A DNA stretch of 51,404 bases, filler included, from Dimargaris cristalligena (lineage: Eukaryota), in NCBI GenBank assembly GCA_003614675.1. It is 2 parts of 2 records of this genome, joined end to end, with 100 filler letters (N's around TTAATTAATTAA, not from the genome) between each part and the next. Parts side by side here need not be neighbours in the genome. Positions count along the whole stretch, not along the records: positions 25,805 to 51,404 come from ML002559.1; 1 more part is not named here. One strand, given 5' to 3'. A program made the position numbers and the translations under genes. Numbering within the stretch: position 1 is the stretch's first letter; every line of letters starts with the position of its first letter. The notes under the pieces are model-generated. The model saw only the letters and a list, made by a program, of their open reading frames with translations, was not told where the DNA came from and ran no database searches. Below, in pieces: positions 27,272 through 37,350 of this stretch.

Positions 27272-27474
27272 CTACTGCTACTACTGCTACTACTGCTACT
27301 ACTGCTACTACTGCTACTACTGCTACTACTGCTACTACTGCTACTACTGCTACTACTGCTACTACTGCTACTACTGCTACTACTGCTACTACTGCTACTA
27401 CTGCTACTACTGCTACTACTACTACTACTGCTACTACTGCTACTACTGCTACTACTGCTACTACTACTACTACT
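27272..27474. repeat. (CTGCTACTA)n / (CTA)n compound microsatellite, ~200 bp
   Basis: Read directly. It accounts for the poly-S, poly-L and YYC ORFs in the track. Confidence 0.97.
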
Positions 27475-28763
27475 CACTCATACGCCCTACTAGACAGGAT
27501 TACTACTATTAGCCTGGGCCAGGGCCAGTGTGCTATAGTATACCATACTATTTTATTTTGATCAGGCCAGTCTGTCTATAGAATATGCATAGCACGTAGT
27601 CTAATATACTATTAATACTAGCTACATTTCTTTTCAATGAGTTAGGATCGATTAAATTAGGCGTGGTGGGGTATTTTCTTATCTGGTGCCAGGCTGCGGG
27701 AATGACAAGGCCCTGCGCCACGCCACCTCCGCATACATACATGTATGCATGCATACATATATACATGGGGGGAAATAGGCTTGTGGTCGGCACCCGCCCC
27801 GATTGCTGGGCTCTTTTCCCTGCAGTAGTCGCTTTTCCCCCACCCACCATTATGTTTGAATCGTCGTTTCCAAGTAAGACCCACCACCATATCTAACCCT
27901 ATTGCGTTTGATCGGGTCCAACACACCTACCTGATCGTTTGAACAATAGGAAGGGGAGGTTATTGTTGTTCTCTTTGCATTCCTAGTTCCCCACGTAGGT
28001 CCGGATATAATGCATTTATTAGCTTAGGGTCGTTGAGAGTCAGGCCAACCGAGGGTGGTGGTTGTAGTCGTGTGGTGCATCCAGCAATTATTACTGCGTG
28101 AATTCACACCCACTCACCATATTCACACTCACACGCACATACACAATCACGTCAATGAATCATCAAATGGGCAAGTCGGAAGAGAATGATGAACTCACCG
28201 CCCAAGTCAATCAACATGGCCGTAGCAGCCAATTCGGAACAAGAAGAGAAAGTAAAATTCATGGAGGGGGCGGGATTTAAAAACGATGACAGGGAGGGGA
28301 GGGGGATCCAGGCCACAATGGCACCCTGGATCCAGAGGACCGACAATTCAACATTCGTAATTGAAGGGAGGGGGCGATGCTTAGAATGGCGTAAAATACA
28401 AGTGGGACGGGGGAGGAGGAGGAGGAGTGTCTAAGGTGATTGGATTCTAAAGGGAGCAGCAGTAGAAATTAAAATAAGGTAGAGGGGAAGGAAATAAAAT
28501 AAGAAGAATAATAGGAGGAAATACAAACACATGTCGAATATATATTAAAATGCATAAATAAATAGGAGTAGGGATAAGGCTTTTGGCAGTAGACAGAATA
28601 GTGGGTGATTAATACACCAACAATACACAGGCATTATTAGGGGGTTGCGGATGGGTAGGAGAAGAGGGATGGTGTGTGTATGGTAGGGAGAGGGTATATA
28701 TGGTGGGTTAGGGGCAGCATTTAACAAGGATAGATGTATTATTGAATAAAGAGAGTGAGGGAG

Positions 28764-30122
28764 CTAGCCCACCGGAATAACAGTACTATTGCCAGGAACA
28801 GCCAAATCCAGGGAATCGGAGACGGTTCGCAAATAGCCGACTTTGAGGACCCCCAGGGGGACATGCTCTTCTTCGTCCGAGGACGAGGCTTGGGTTAGGC
28901 CGGTCTGGGCGCCGGTAAGCCGGGAGCCGGAGTTGCGACGACGGGGCGGGGGACGGCGGTGGGCGGAGTTGGTGATGTAGTCCACGGGATCAAACAGGTC
29001 CGACTGGGAGGCACACAGGTCGGAGAGGTCGGGGAAGGACTCCACCGCGGGAATCAGCATGGACGAGTTGGCAGTAGTAGTAGAAGAAGAAGTAATAGAC
29101 GAGCCGTCGGGGTACTCGGATATGCGGTAGGCGGGGGGCAGATTCAGCCGCTTGCGGGGGATGGCCACCGGGCCGCGACGGGGGAGTTCGTCGGGTCGGA
29201 GACGGGGACCGGGGATTCGGTCGAGTAATGGGGCCCTCGGAATAGGGGTACGGCTGAGCGGGGAGCGTGGCGAGCGGTGACCGTAACCAACGGAATTCGA
29301 CGGACGGTGGCGGGGGCGGTTGAGCGGGAGGTGGCGGTAGTTTTCAGGGGCGCCGTCCTCACAGTCATCGTCGCTGGAGTCGTCCAGCCCCACCCGGTGC
29401 CGGCGGCTGAACTCCTGCTCCAGGCGGTGCAGCACCGACTGAATCATCAGCAACTGGGAGAGGGGGCGGGACCGCTTCAGCTGCAGTTTACGCAGGCTCT
29501 GGTCGTATAAGACGTCTATAACGACCAGGGGCACGGCGGGCGGCGCCTGAACCGGACGAAGAGGAGGTGAAACGGAAGGGGCGGGGGTGGGGGGTCCCAG
29601 GGACCGGCGTAGCGGCTTTTTGGCGGGAGCCGGCCGGTCTTCCGAAGCAGCCCCGCCCCCCAGCTTGATATAAGCCAGGAGGGATGCCATTGAGCGGGTT
29701 TTGGCGGGTTTCCGGGAGGCGGGGGGAAGGGTCGTCGCTACCACCTCCACCGCCTCTCCGGATTTCACTTCACTTTCCTCTTCTTTTTCGTCGTCATCGT
29801 CGTCAGCCACGGTTTCGGAAGCGTAGGCCACGTGGTAGTGGCGCACCGACTCCTCCAGGGCGGCCTTCAATTCAGGGAGGTCATTGTCGGATGGAACCTT
29901 GGGCACCACCAGGGCCAGCTTCTCGTCAATGTGGGAGGGGAATTCAAGCAAGTCGGGGCAGGAGCGGGCCTGGGGGGCGTGATAGACGGTGGCGGTTTTG
30001 GTACGGCCAACCCGGGTGGTTAAGCGGCCCAGCAAACCGAGAGTCCGGGAGCGGGTAGGAGCGGGGGGCGGGGGGTCGGGTTCGGTCCGTTCGGCGGACC
30101 GAAGTAGCCGAAGGCCTAGCAT
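28764..30122 (-). CDS. Hypothetical 452-aa disordered protein with a SERTA-like helical segment (intronless)
   Basis: 1359-nt GC-rich ORF with good start context (ACCGCCATG). Pro/Arg/Ser-rich, with one predicted helical block IDVLYDQSLRKLQLKRSRPLSQLLMIQSVLHRLEQEF. Confidence 0.85.
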   Translation of the reverse strand: MLGLRLLRSAERTEPDPPPPAPTRSRTLGLLGRLTTRVGRTKTATVYHAPQARSCPDLLEFPSHIDEKLALVVPKVPSDNDLPELKAALEESVRHYHVAYASETVADDDDDEKEEESEVKSGEAVEVVATTLPPASRKPAKTRSMASLLAYIKLGGGAASEDRPAPAKKPLRRSLGPPTPAPSVSPPLRPVQAPPAVPLVVIDVLYDQSLRKLQLKRSRPLSQLLMIQSVLHRLEQEFSRRHRVGLDDSSDDDCEDGAPENYRHLPLNRPRHRPSNSVGYGHRSPRSPLSRTPIPRAPLLDRIPGPRLRPDELPRRGPVAIPRKRLNLPPAYRISEYPDGSSITSSSTTTANSSMLIPAVESFPDLSDLCASQSDLFDPVDYITNSAHRRPPPRRRNSGSRLTGAQTGLTQASSSDEEEHVPLGVLKVGYLRTVSDSLDLAVPGNSTVIPVG

Positions 30123-33100
30123 GGCGGTTGGGCCGACGTCGACGAAAGTGGAAGAGTGGGTGGGGTTAGGGTGAGTCCGGGGGTAGCGAACTGGACGGGG
30201 AAGAGACCTTTATGGTGACGGATTTTTTTCTTTTGGATATATATAAAATTCTGTGCAACGTATATAGAGTAGGAGCCAAAAGGTGTGGCTGAAGTGACCC
30301 ACGAAGCGGAGTAAATGGCCGATAGTCTAATAATCAAGCCTTTTTTTTTGGATATATATATATATAAGAAGAAAAGAGTAGTAGAAGAGGTGGAAGAGAG
30401 TGGAGTAGAGAGACGTCTAACTACAAAGACCAGGAGAGTTATAGAAGGAAGGAAAGAGGAAGAGGGAGAAAGAGATGGAGGGGGGGAGAGAAATAAAGGG
30501 AGAAAAAGGGAGAGCGGAGACATATACGCACACATAGACATAGACACACACACACACACACAGGCACAAGTACAAGTACAGCTAGGCGGAGGGGCAGCGC
30601 GGGTGGGCTTTATACACCAGCCAAGCAATCCCGCGTCATGGCAAAGGCAGAGGGAGTGAATAGAGGGAGGGGGTCCGTTTGGCACAGTCAGTCTAACCAA
30701 GTCTTTTATACTGCGTTTCACCCTAATCCAACCCTCGTTCCATCCCCCATCGCACGAAGCAGCTAATTTTACGTTTACTAGCCGTCCGCTCGAACTAAAC
30801 ACAGCGAATAGAGGGACAGGTGCGTCGTCGTCGTTTTGTTCGGACGGTGTAGTTAACTGCTTCGTGCGATTATTGGGTCCGGGAGTGCCTGTGTCTGTGG
30901 CTTCCTTCTCTTGCAATTGATTGGCGGCACTGTGGGGTGGAAATAACCCCCCATTAGAATGCCTTTGGTATATATATATATATATATATATTTATATTGG
31001 TTTACGTCGATTTCATCAAGACATCTCCTGTGAACAACCAATGTGAGCAGCGCTTGAACTGATATTGGCTGTATCGAGAGGCCTTGTGGGTGGCCGAAAT
31101 AAAAGGGGGGAATTAACAGCCCCAACTAAAAAGACCTTGACCCCAAGTAAATGTCCGCCGCCTTGGAGGGTTTTAAAGAGACTTTCTTCACATAGTGAGA
31201 GAGGGAAATGGGCTAGATACAGCGGATCCCTCTCCCTATGTTTCGCATAGCGCCGGGGGAAGGCCATGAATCCATCATATATTCCCCTACACTGGCCTGG
31301 CCATTACGTGAACACCTTCTAAAACCAGCTCTCCTTGGGTGTCATGGGGATGGAAAGCCCGTCGGCCTCTTGCCAATGAATGTCCCCGCATTGCCAAAAA
31401 CACTCGCCTCCCCGCATCCTCACTAAGGCCTACATGGGTAGCCGGGTTGGGTTACATTACCGATACATTATAGTATAGATACATGAGATTATAGATACAT
31501 TATATTATATAGATACATTACATGAACTTTAGAAGAGACATTCCATTTATTGGTAGAGACTTTACATGGACTTGAAAATACATTCCTGCCATTTCCCCAA
31601 CGGTCTACCTCTCTGGCTTGGCGACGTGGATTGTTGTCGTTTGAGGTATCTTTGGGCCTTCTTCCCACCCCAAAAGAAACCGCGTGAATATTGTGATAAC
31701 GAAAGAGGATTGTCCCTCTCCCTGTGCTTTATTTACACTCTCCCCAGCGATAAAAATACCGCCCATGCGCCGCCTATAATAAGAGGGTGGTGATGCATGC
31801 CACTTTAATTATCCAGCCCCGGCGCGGTTCACACTGGCTGGGGCTACCATCCCCGCCGCCACTGCTCTCTCTCTCTCTCTTTCCTCTAATCTCTACTCCA
31901 GCCATCTGGGTTCACTGCCTCCGAGTTAAACCAAAGGGGCCTTCTTAGTCATCCCCGCGTTGCACCCCTCTCTTCCCTGGCGACCACGGGCTCGGTCGGG
32001 TCTGCATCGCTTCTCCGCCCCGACAGGTCCCTCTTCCTCACTTTATTACCATTATTGTAATAAAGTGAGGATCGCCCATGGACCACCGGGCACAAAGTAT
32101 AGAAGGGCTGGCTGTTGGCGGTGATCAACAACCCCACCAGTGCTTTAGTTAGATTATCTATGGTCCCCGAAAAGGTAACGAATGACGCCACAGTGTACCA
32201 AGAATTATCCCATATTTTCCTGCCCACCCCATTAGTACTGGGGGAATTATGGTGGTAGTTTCTCCTACCTGCCTATATATCTATCCGTCTAGTCCTGGCC
32301 ATGCGCCCATCTCTCTTACCCTGCTTCTATCTATGGATAGGCCTAGCATGAATATAGAAAGAAAGAAGGAACAAAAGAACGGAATAACAAGTGAGGGTGA
32401 ATGAGTGGGAGGGCCCCCGCCCAGGGACAATACATCCGGAGTAGCAGTGACAGTTGCCGGTATAACCCACCGCCACCCCGATTCATTCGGTCCGGCCTGC
32501 CAAATCGCACGTTCCAGCGCAACCGGAAGGGCGTATACCCAACGCAGGAGGTACAGCTATGCTTTGACAGCCCGATAGGTAAACGAAAAACATCGGGTGA
32601 GAGGGCCGTCGTCTCTGTAGCGCCACCTACTTCAAACACACCCCCTCCTGAGGTATATTAATCCATTGGTAGAGTATACCAAGGGATAGATATTAAATGT
32701 ACCGAATGGTGTTAAATCGACTGAGTTTGGCGTGATCTGTCCGAGGTCGGCGTGTGTAGAGAGGAGAACCGGCTATATACAACTCCTGCTAGTTGGATTG
32801 CGGGGAGTGACCCAGGCATATTGTCTATTCACGCGACCACTCCCCCGCACTGCACTCTCACACATACCCATACATACGCATACCCCCATAACACATCAAA
32901 TCTATGTAGGTCGGCACTCTAGAATAGTTCAGAGCCGACGAATATCCCACCCATATTGCCCTCTTTCTAATCTTCAGCCTATTCTTAATATAACACCCAC
33001 CCGATCCAGGACCACCAACCGGTTTAAGGAGTCGGAGAGGGTGAGTGCGCGCTGTACCTATTTGTTTGGTTTCTGACCGGGATTCGAGTGAAACAGGTCT

Positions 33101-34172
33101 ACCCCCATCAAATACCCTTCTGTATTAGGGGTCAATCACAAAGCCACTCCAACCACCCGGAATTGGAAGATATTCTGGGGGGGGGGAGATTATCAATAAT
33201 AGAAATGGATCCAATGCCCGGGAATACCGCCCTACTACTACTACTACTACTCCTCCTCCCCAACCAACCGTATATAGTTCTAGTGCACCCCCCCCCGCGC
33301 GGTCTCATTACTCCCCGTTTGGTTAATGCACCAGTGCCACTGAACCCGCCATCGTACTATCCGTGTCTATTACACTTTGCATCCTGAATTTTGAAAGACA
33401 GCCCCCGTCGCCGTAGAGGTACCATCATTTAATTGTATAGTGAATAAAACTAAATAATAATAAAAAAAGACTGACAATTGCATCCCGGTAACACAAGGGA
33501 CAAGTGTGGGGGACCCCTTGTTATATGATACAGTTTAGGGGATGTGAGGAAGTAATGAGGTAAGTAATAAAAACCAGAGGGTGCGAGGGGTTTTTGATTC
33601 CCAAATTAACAAATGAAGATGCCACTCCCCCATAAAATTGGAAAAACCTGGGGAGAAGAGTAAAGATAGTAAAAAGAAGGATATTCCTCTCTAATAATAA
33701 ACCACAGGGTCGGATTCCGATTGATTATTATTATTGTTATTATTATTACTGTTACTATTACTATAAAGAGAAACCACCACCATGGGGCACAACAAATAGT
33801 CCCACTGTAGAAGCAGAACCCGGCGAATTGGATATTCAGGATTCTATTTCTCAAACAATTTTCACTTTTGGTTACAAAAAAATTCAGCAGAGTAGAGTAG
33901 AATAGGGTAGGCGGGTGGGGAGATATTGGTACCCAAAAAATATAAAGGGGAGTATTTGTCTAGGAATGGCAAGCCAGGGGGAGGGGTGGATTTCCAAAGG
34001 GGGGAGGGGGTACCGAAATAGGAGGGGGGGATTCGAAAACCCAACTAGGAATAGCCTGGTGGAAACTGATAGATAAATAGATGGAGAGAGCAGGGGAATG
34101 CGCGCCGGCGATATTTTTAATAATAATAAAACAATCAAACAGACTGGGTACCCTCCCCCCTTCATAGGCTAT

Positions 34173-35263
34173 CTAATAAGCGGGCATATTGGCCTTGATG
34201 GCACTCTTCTGCTCTGGCGTTAGGCTGGTGGGGAAATTAACTCGGAATTCGACAATAAGATCCCCCTTGCGGTCGGGGCTGTTTTTGACCGGCATCCCCT
34301 CGCCGGAGATGCGGCGGGTCTGGCCGGGGCGAACCACGCGGGAGTCGTCCGTAATGGTCAGGGTACGGCCATCCAGGGTCTGGATATTCCGGGTGAAGCC
34401 CGTCAATGCTTCCACCAGGGGCAGGTCTAGGCGAACCGTCAAATTGTCACCGTCCCGCTTGAATACCGGGTGGGGCTTCTCCTCCAAAATAAATTCGATA
34501 TCTTGGGCGTGGCCCGTTGGGGTCTCGTCGCCCGCCCCTGCGAACTTGAGTTTGGTGCCGGGCTTCCAGCCCTTCTTGATGTCAATCACCAGAATCTTTT
34601 CGGAAGGGTAGTAACTTCCGGTCGAGCTATCGATGAGCCGGCGATTCACCTTGAGCTTTTTGGTAGTGCCGGTATAGAGTTCCTCTAGGGTGACCCGGAG
34701 GGGGCGCTGAATGGCCGGTGGCGAGGCCGGTGAGTGATGGACCCGCGAAGTCCGGCCCCCTCCGAAAGGGAACCCCCCCGCCATCCATATCCATGAAGGT
34801 GGCCCCGCCCATGCCGTTGGGGGACATGTTACTTCCGGTCGAGAAGCTGGTGAATCCACCGCCCTTACCCCCCCGCGAAGAATTGGGCAAAGATATCCTC
34901 GGCATTGGACGGGGTGAAGGGTCGGAAGCCACCTCCGCCGCCCGTGGAACTGAAGCTGAAGGAGCCGCCGGGGAAACCATTGAATCCCGCGCCGCCGGGG
35001 CCACCCCCACCCCCACCACCTCCTCCTCCCATGCCGCCCTTGAGACCGTCTTCGCCGAATTGATCGTAAATGGCCCGCTTATTCTTGTCGCTGAGGACCT
35101 CGTAGGCCTCCGAGACCTCCTTGAACTTGCGCTCGGCCTCGGCATTATTATCCTTGTTCCGGTCGGGGTGCCACTTGAGAGCCATCGTGCGGTAGGCCTT
35201 CTTGATGGCGTCCTCACCGGCATCCTTGGAGATGCCGAGTATTTGGTAGTAGTCCTTGGCCAT
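34173..35263 (-). CDS. SIS1: Class II Hsp40/DnaJ co-chaperone (Sis1/DNAJB-like); assembled sequence has two +1 frameshifts
   Basis: J domain [10 protein letters not shown]...KWHPDRN...[15 protein letters not shown] and G/M-rich linker, C-terminal domains ([44 protein letters not shown]). Spread over three frames that switch at G7 runs (plus-strand C7 at 34868-34874 and 34773-34779). Removing one G from each gives a 362-aa ORF. Confidence 0.88.
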
Positions 35264-35346
35264 CGTGGGGAGATATGGTCAGAAGACAAGTAAGGGGTAG
35301 TATAAAAATATCTGTAATGGAAGGGCAAGGAATACCAAATAAACCG

Positions 35347-35491
35347 CTAGGTTCGTGAAGGGGGGGGTGTTAATAAATGAATTCAGTTCAATTTTTCGGG
35401 GGTTAAGGTGAAGGGATTCCCAATAGGTTTAAACGGACCGGGCCAGCCGAGCGACCAGGTGTCGGAGAGGAAAAAGCAATGTACAACTTAC
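35347..35491 (-). other. Probable 5'-UTR intron of SIS1
   Basis: Consensus donor AG|GTAAGT at 35491, ATTAAC branch-like site near 35370, and TAG acceptor at 35349-35347 (alternative CAG near 35312). Confidence 0.5.
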
Positions 35492-36059
35492 CTCGAGCAC
35501 AGTCGTCGCTGGATCAAGGGCCAAAGGGGATTGCTGGATGGCGTTGCTTTAGTAGAGCAGAGTAGAGTAGAGATTGAATTAAGTCGGTCGGATAAACGGA
35601 AGAGTAGCGTAAACCAGGGAGAACAGAGAGTGGGAAATAAAGCAATGAATGGGGTTTCTCTTCGAGACTAGCAAACACGGGCAATATAAAGAAGAGTAAG
35701 GCGATGCAGAAGGAAACGTAAAGGAAAGTTGAGGAAAGTGCCAGAAAGCGAAACACATGGCTTGTCCGATGACGCGCGACGAAGAGAGTGCCTTTGTATC
35801 TCTCCTACCTTCTCTCCTTACATGCTACGCTATAGAGTTTCGGGGCTAGCCCCGCCCCCCCGCTGCGCCCGCCCCGCCCTATTCCGCCCTACGAAAAAAA
35901 CACCCCTCATTGAGAGGGTTGTTAGCCTCTCTACAGGTCAGTGGTGGGCGAGTGAGTCTCCTCTGCTCCAACTATACAACAACAACAACTCCTTCTCTCT
36001 CTGTCGTCGATACAAGAAAGTATGTATAATGAGTGGGGGGAACATTCTGGATCTTGGGT

Positions 36060-36780
36060 TGTTATTGCTTCATCTTATTGGAATATCTTCCTCAAGTGGG
36101 TCGATTTTCCTGGCCCCGATGGGGACTTATTTAATACTTAATATATATACGAGGCCCCCTATTTATCAACTAGCCCTCTAACTACTCTTGCCTGGAGGTA
36201 AAACACCGCCCGGTTTCAAATTCCCCGGATAACCCTAACACATCGAATGTCACTATATTGCCAACTCCAGCAAATACCGATATAAATAGACATAGATATG
36301 CCATCTCCCCGACCCTCGGAATAATACCTCCCAATCCTGCGGGCTATTGTATATTACACAATAAATACTCCCTTGAAATTAGAGGCCCAACCTATTTCTG
36401 GTGCTAACTACTCCATCGCATTCCAGCCAGGTTTCAATCGCTCCTGCCTAACCCTCCAGCCTAGTTCTAATACAAGCGGGTTTATTCTCAATCAATGGGG
36501 TTTTCTACTTGACGAGGGTGATATACCTGTGGTAATCGAAGATATAAGTGGGCCATTCATCGACTGTCCTCGGCCTTTGGCGTGGCTTGGCGGTATTTCG
36601 TTTGCGGTGGATATAAATAACCCCCATGCATCAAGGGGAGAAGTAGGAGGATATAGGTAGGGTATGGCTGAAAAGCCGTTGGAAACGGAAATACAGCAAC
36701 CCCCTATCGTCATAAGTTGATTGGATATGGAAAGGCAAAGAGGACGACACCAAATGGGCTTCATCGGCGAAAACGTATGG
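36060..36780 (+). ncRNA. Candidate structured non-coding RNA, possibly telomerase RNA
   Basis: No credible ORF. Several hand-identified helices with G-U pairs on the + strand (36084-36100/36504-36520; 36247-36260/36278-36293; 36360-36384/36465-36486; 36566-36578/36731-36745; 36588-36595/36705-36712). TAACCCTAAC at 36230-36239. Identity is inference only. Confidence 0.35.
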
Positions 36781-36795
36781 GTTAGTGACCCACAT

Positions 36796-37350
36796 TTAAT
36801 GGTGGGCCTGGCTCTTGTGGTATCCTGTTAAAAAGGATGTTAAATGCAATGAATGGAGTGGGCGGGGTTAGTACAGGTGTAAGAGAGATGTTATGTAAGA
36901 GAGTGGTGGTGGGTCCGGCAAAGGCCATATATTAGGAGTAGCGAAAAGCCCCCCCCCCCTTCACCCAGGAAGGAATTGCTGCAAAGTTTCACCAGTCTCT
37001 ATATTCAATAGATGGGCCGTCAACTTACTCAGGTGGCCGAGATATTCGTTGGTGTAGCCAAACAGACCGATCACGACCAACATGTGGACCAGCGGGGCGA
37101 TGGAAGAGTTCTTGCCATCAACGTACTTGGCGCGGTAGCGACCCCAGAGACCCGAAGGGGCGGGGGTCGGGGCAGGGCCCTTGGGGAAGCGCTGGTAGAC
37201 GCCCACTACTCGGTCCATAAGGGCAGCCTCGTTGGCGGAAGCAGTGGCCGAGGTCGCGGCCGGTTTGGCACCAGCCAGGTTGGGGGGAATGTAGGTACGG
37301 GCGGTGGCCAGGCCGCGGGTCTGCAGGGAACGACGGATCAAAGGGTGCAT
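36796..37350 (-). CDS. ATP17: Mitochondrial F1Fo ATP synthase subunit f, ~116 aa
   Basis: Exon 1 37350-37029, intron GTAAGT...TACTAAC...CAG, exon 2 36824-36796 (RYHKSQAHH*). Arg-rich presequence; motifs IPPNL, MDRVVGVYQRFPKGPAP, GRYRAKYVDGKNSSIAPLVH, GYTNEYLGHL. Confidence 0.93.

Noticed and set aside
27043-27512. Poly-Ser, poly-Leu and (YYC)n ORFs
   Set aside because: Translations of the microsatellite with no coding context.
30116-30916. 266-aa minus-strand ORF
   Set aside because: Non-ATG start; low-complexity translation of the pyrimidine-rich leader and (TG)n repeat of the 452-aa gene.
35484-35560. U1 snRNA-like start ACTTACCT with GATCAAG
   Set aside because: No stem-loop II AUUGCAC loop and no Sm site; better explained as a minus-strand splice donor.
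35514-35756. 80-aa hydrophobic ORF upstream of SIS1
   Set aside because: GTG start; T-rich leader sequence naturally translates to Phe/Leu.
36217-36506. RNase MRP interpretation (CAAATTCCCC with AATCAATGGGGTTTT as P4-like strands)
   Set aside because: Lacks the conserved GAAAGUC and GCUYA nucleotides, a GARAR loop and a clear P2. Should still be excluded formally with Infernal.
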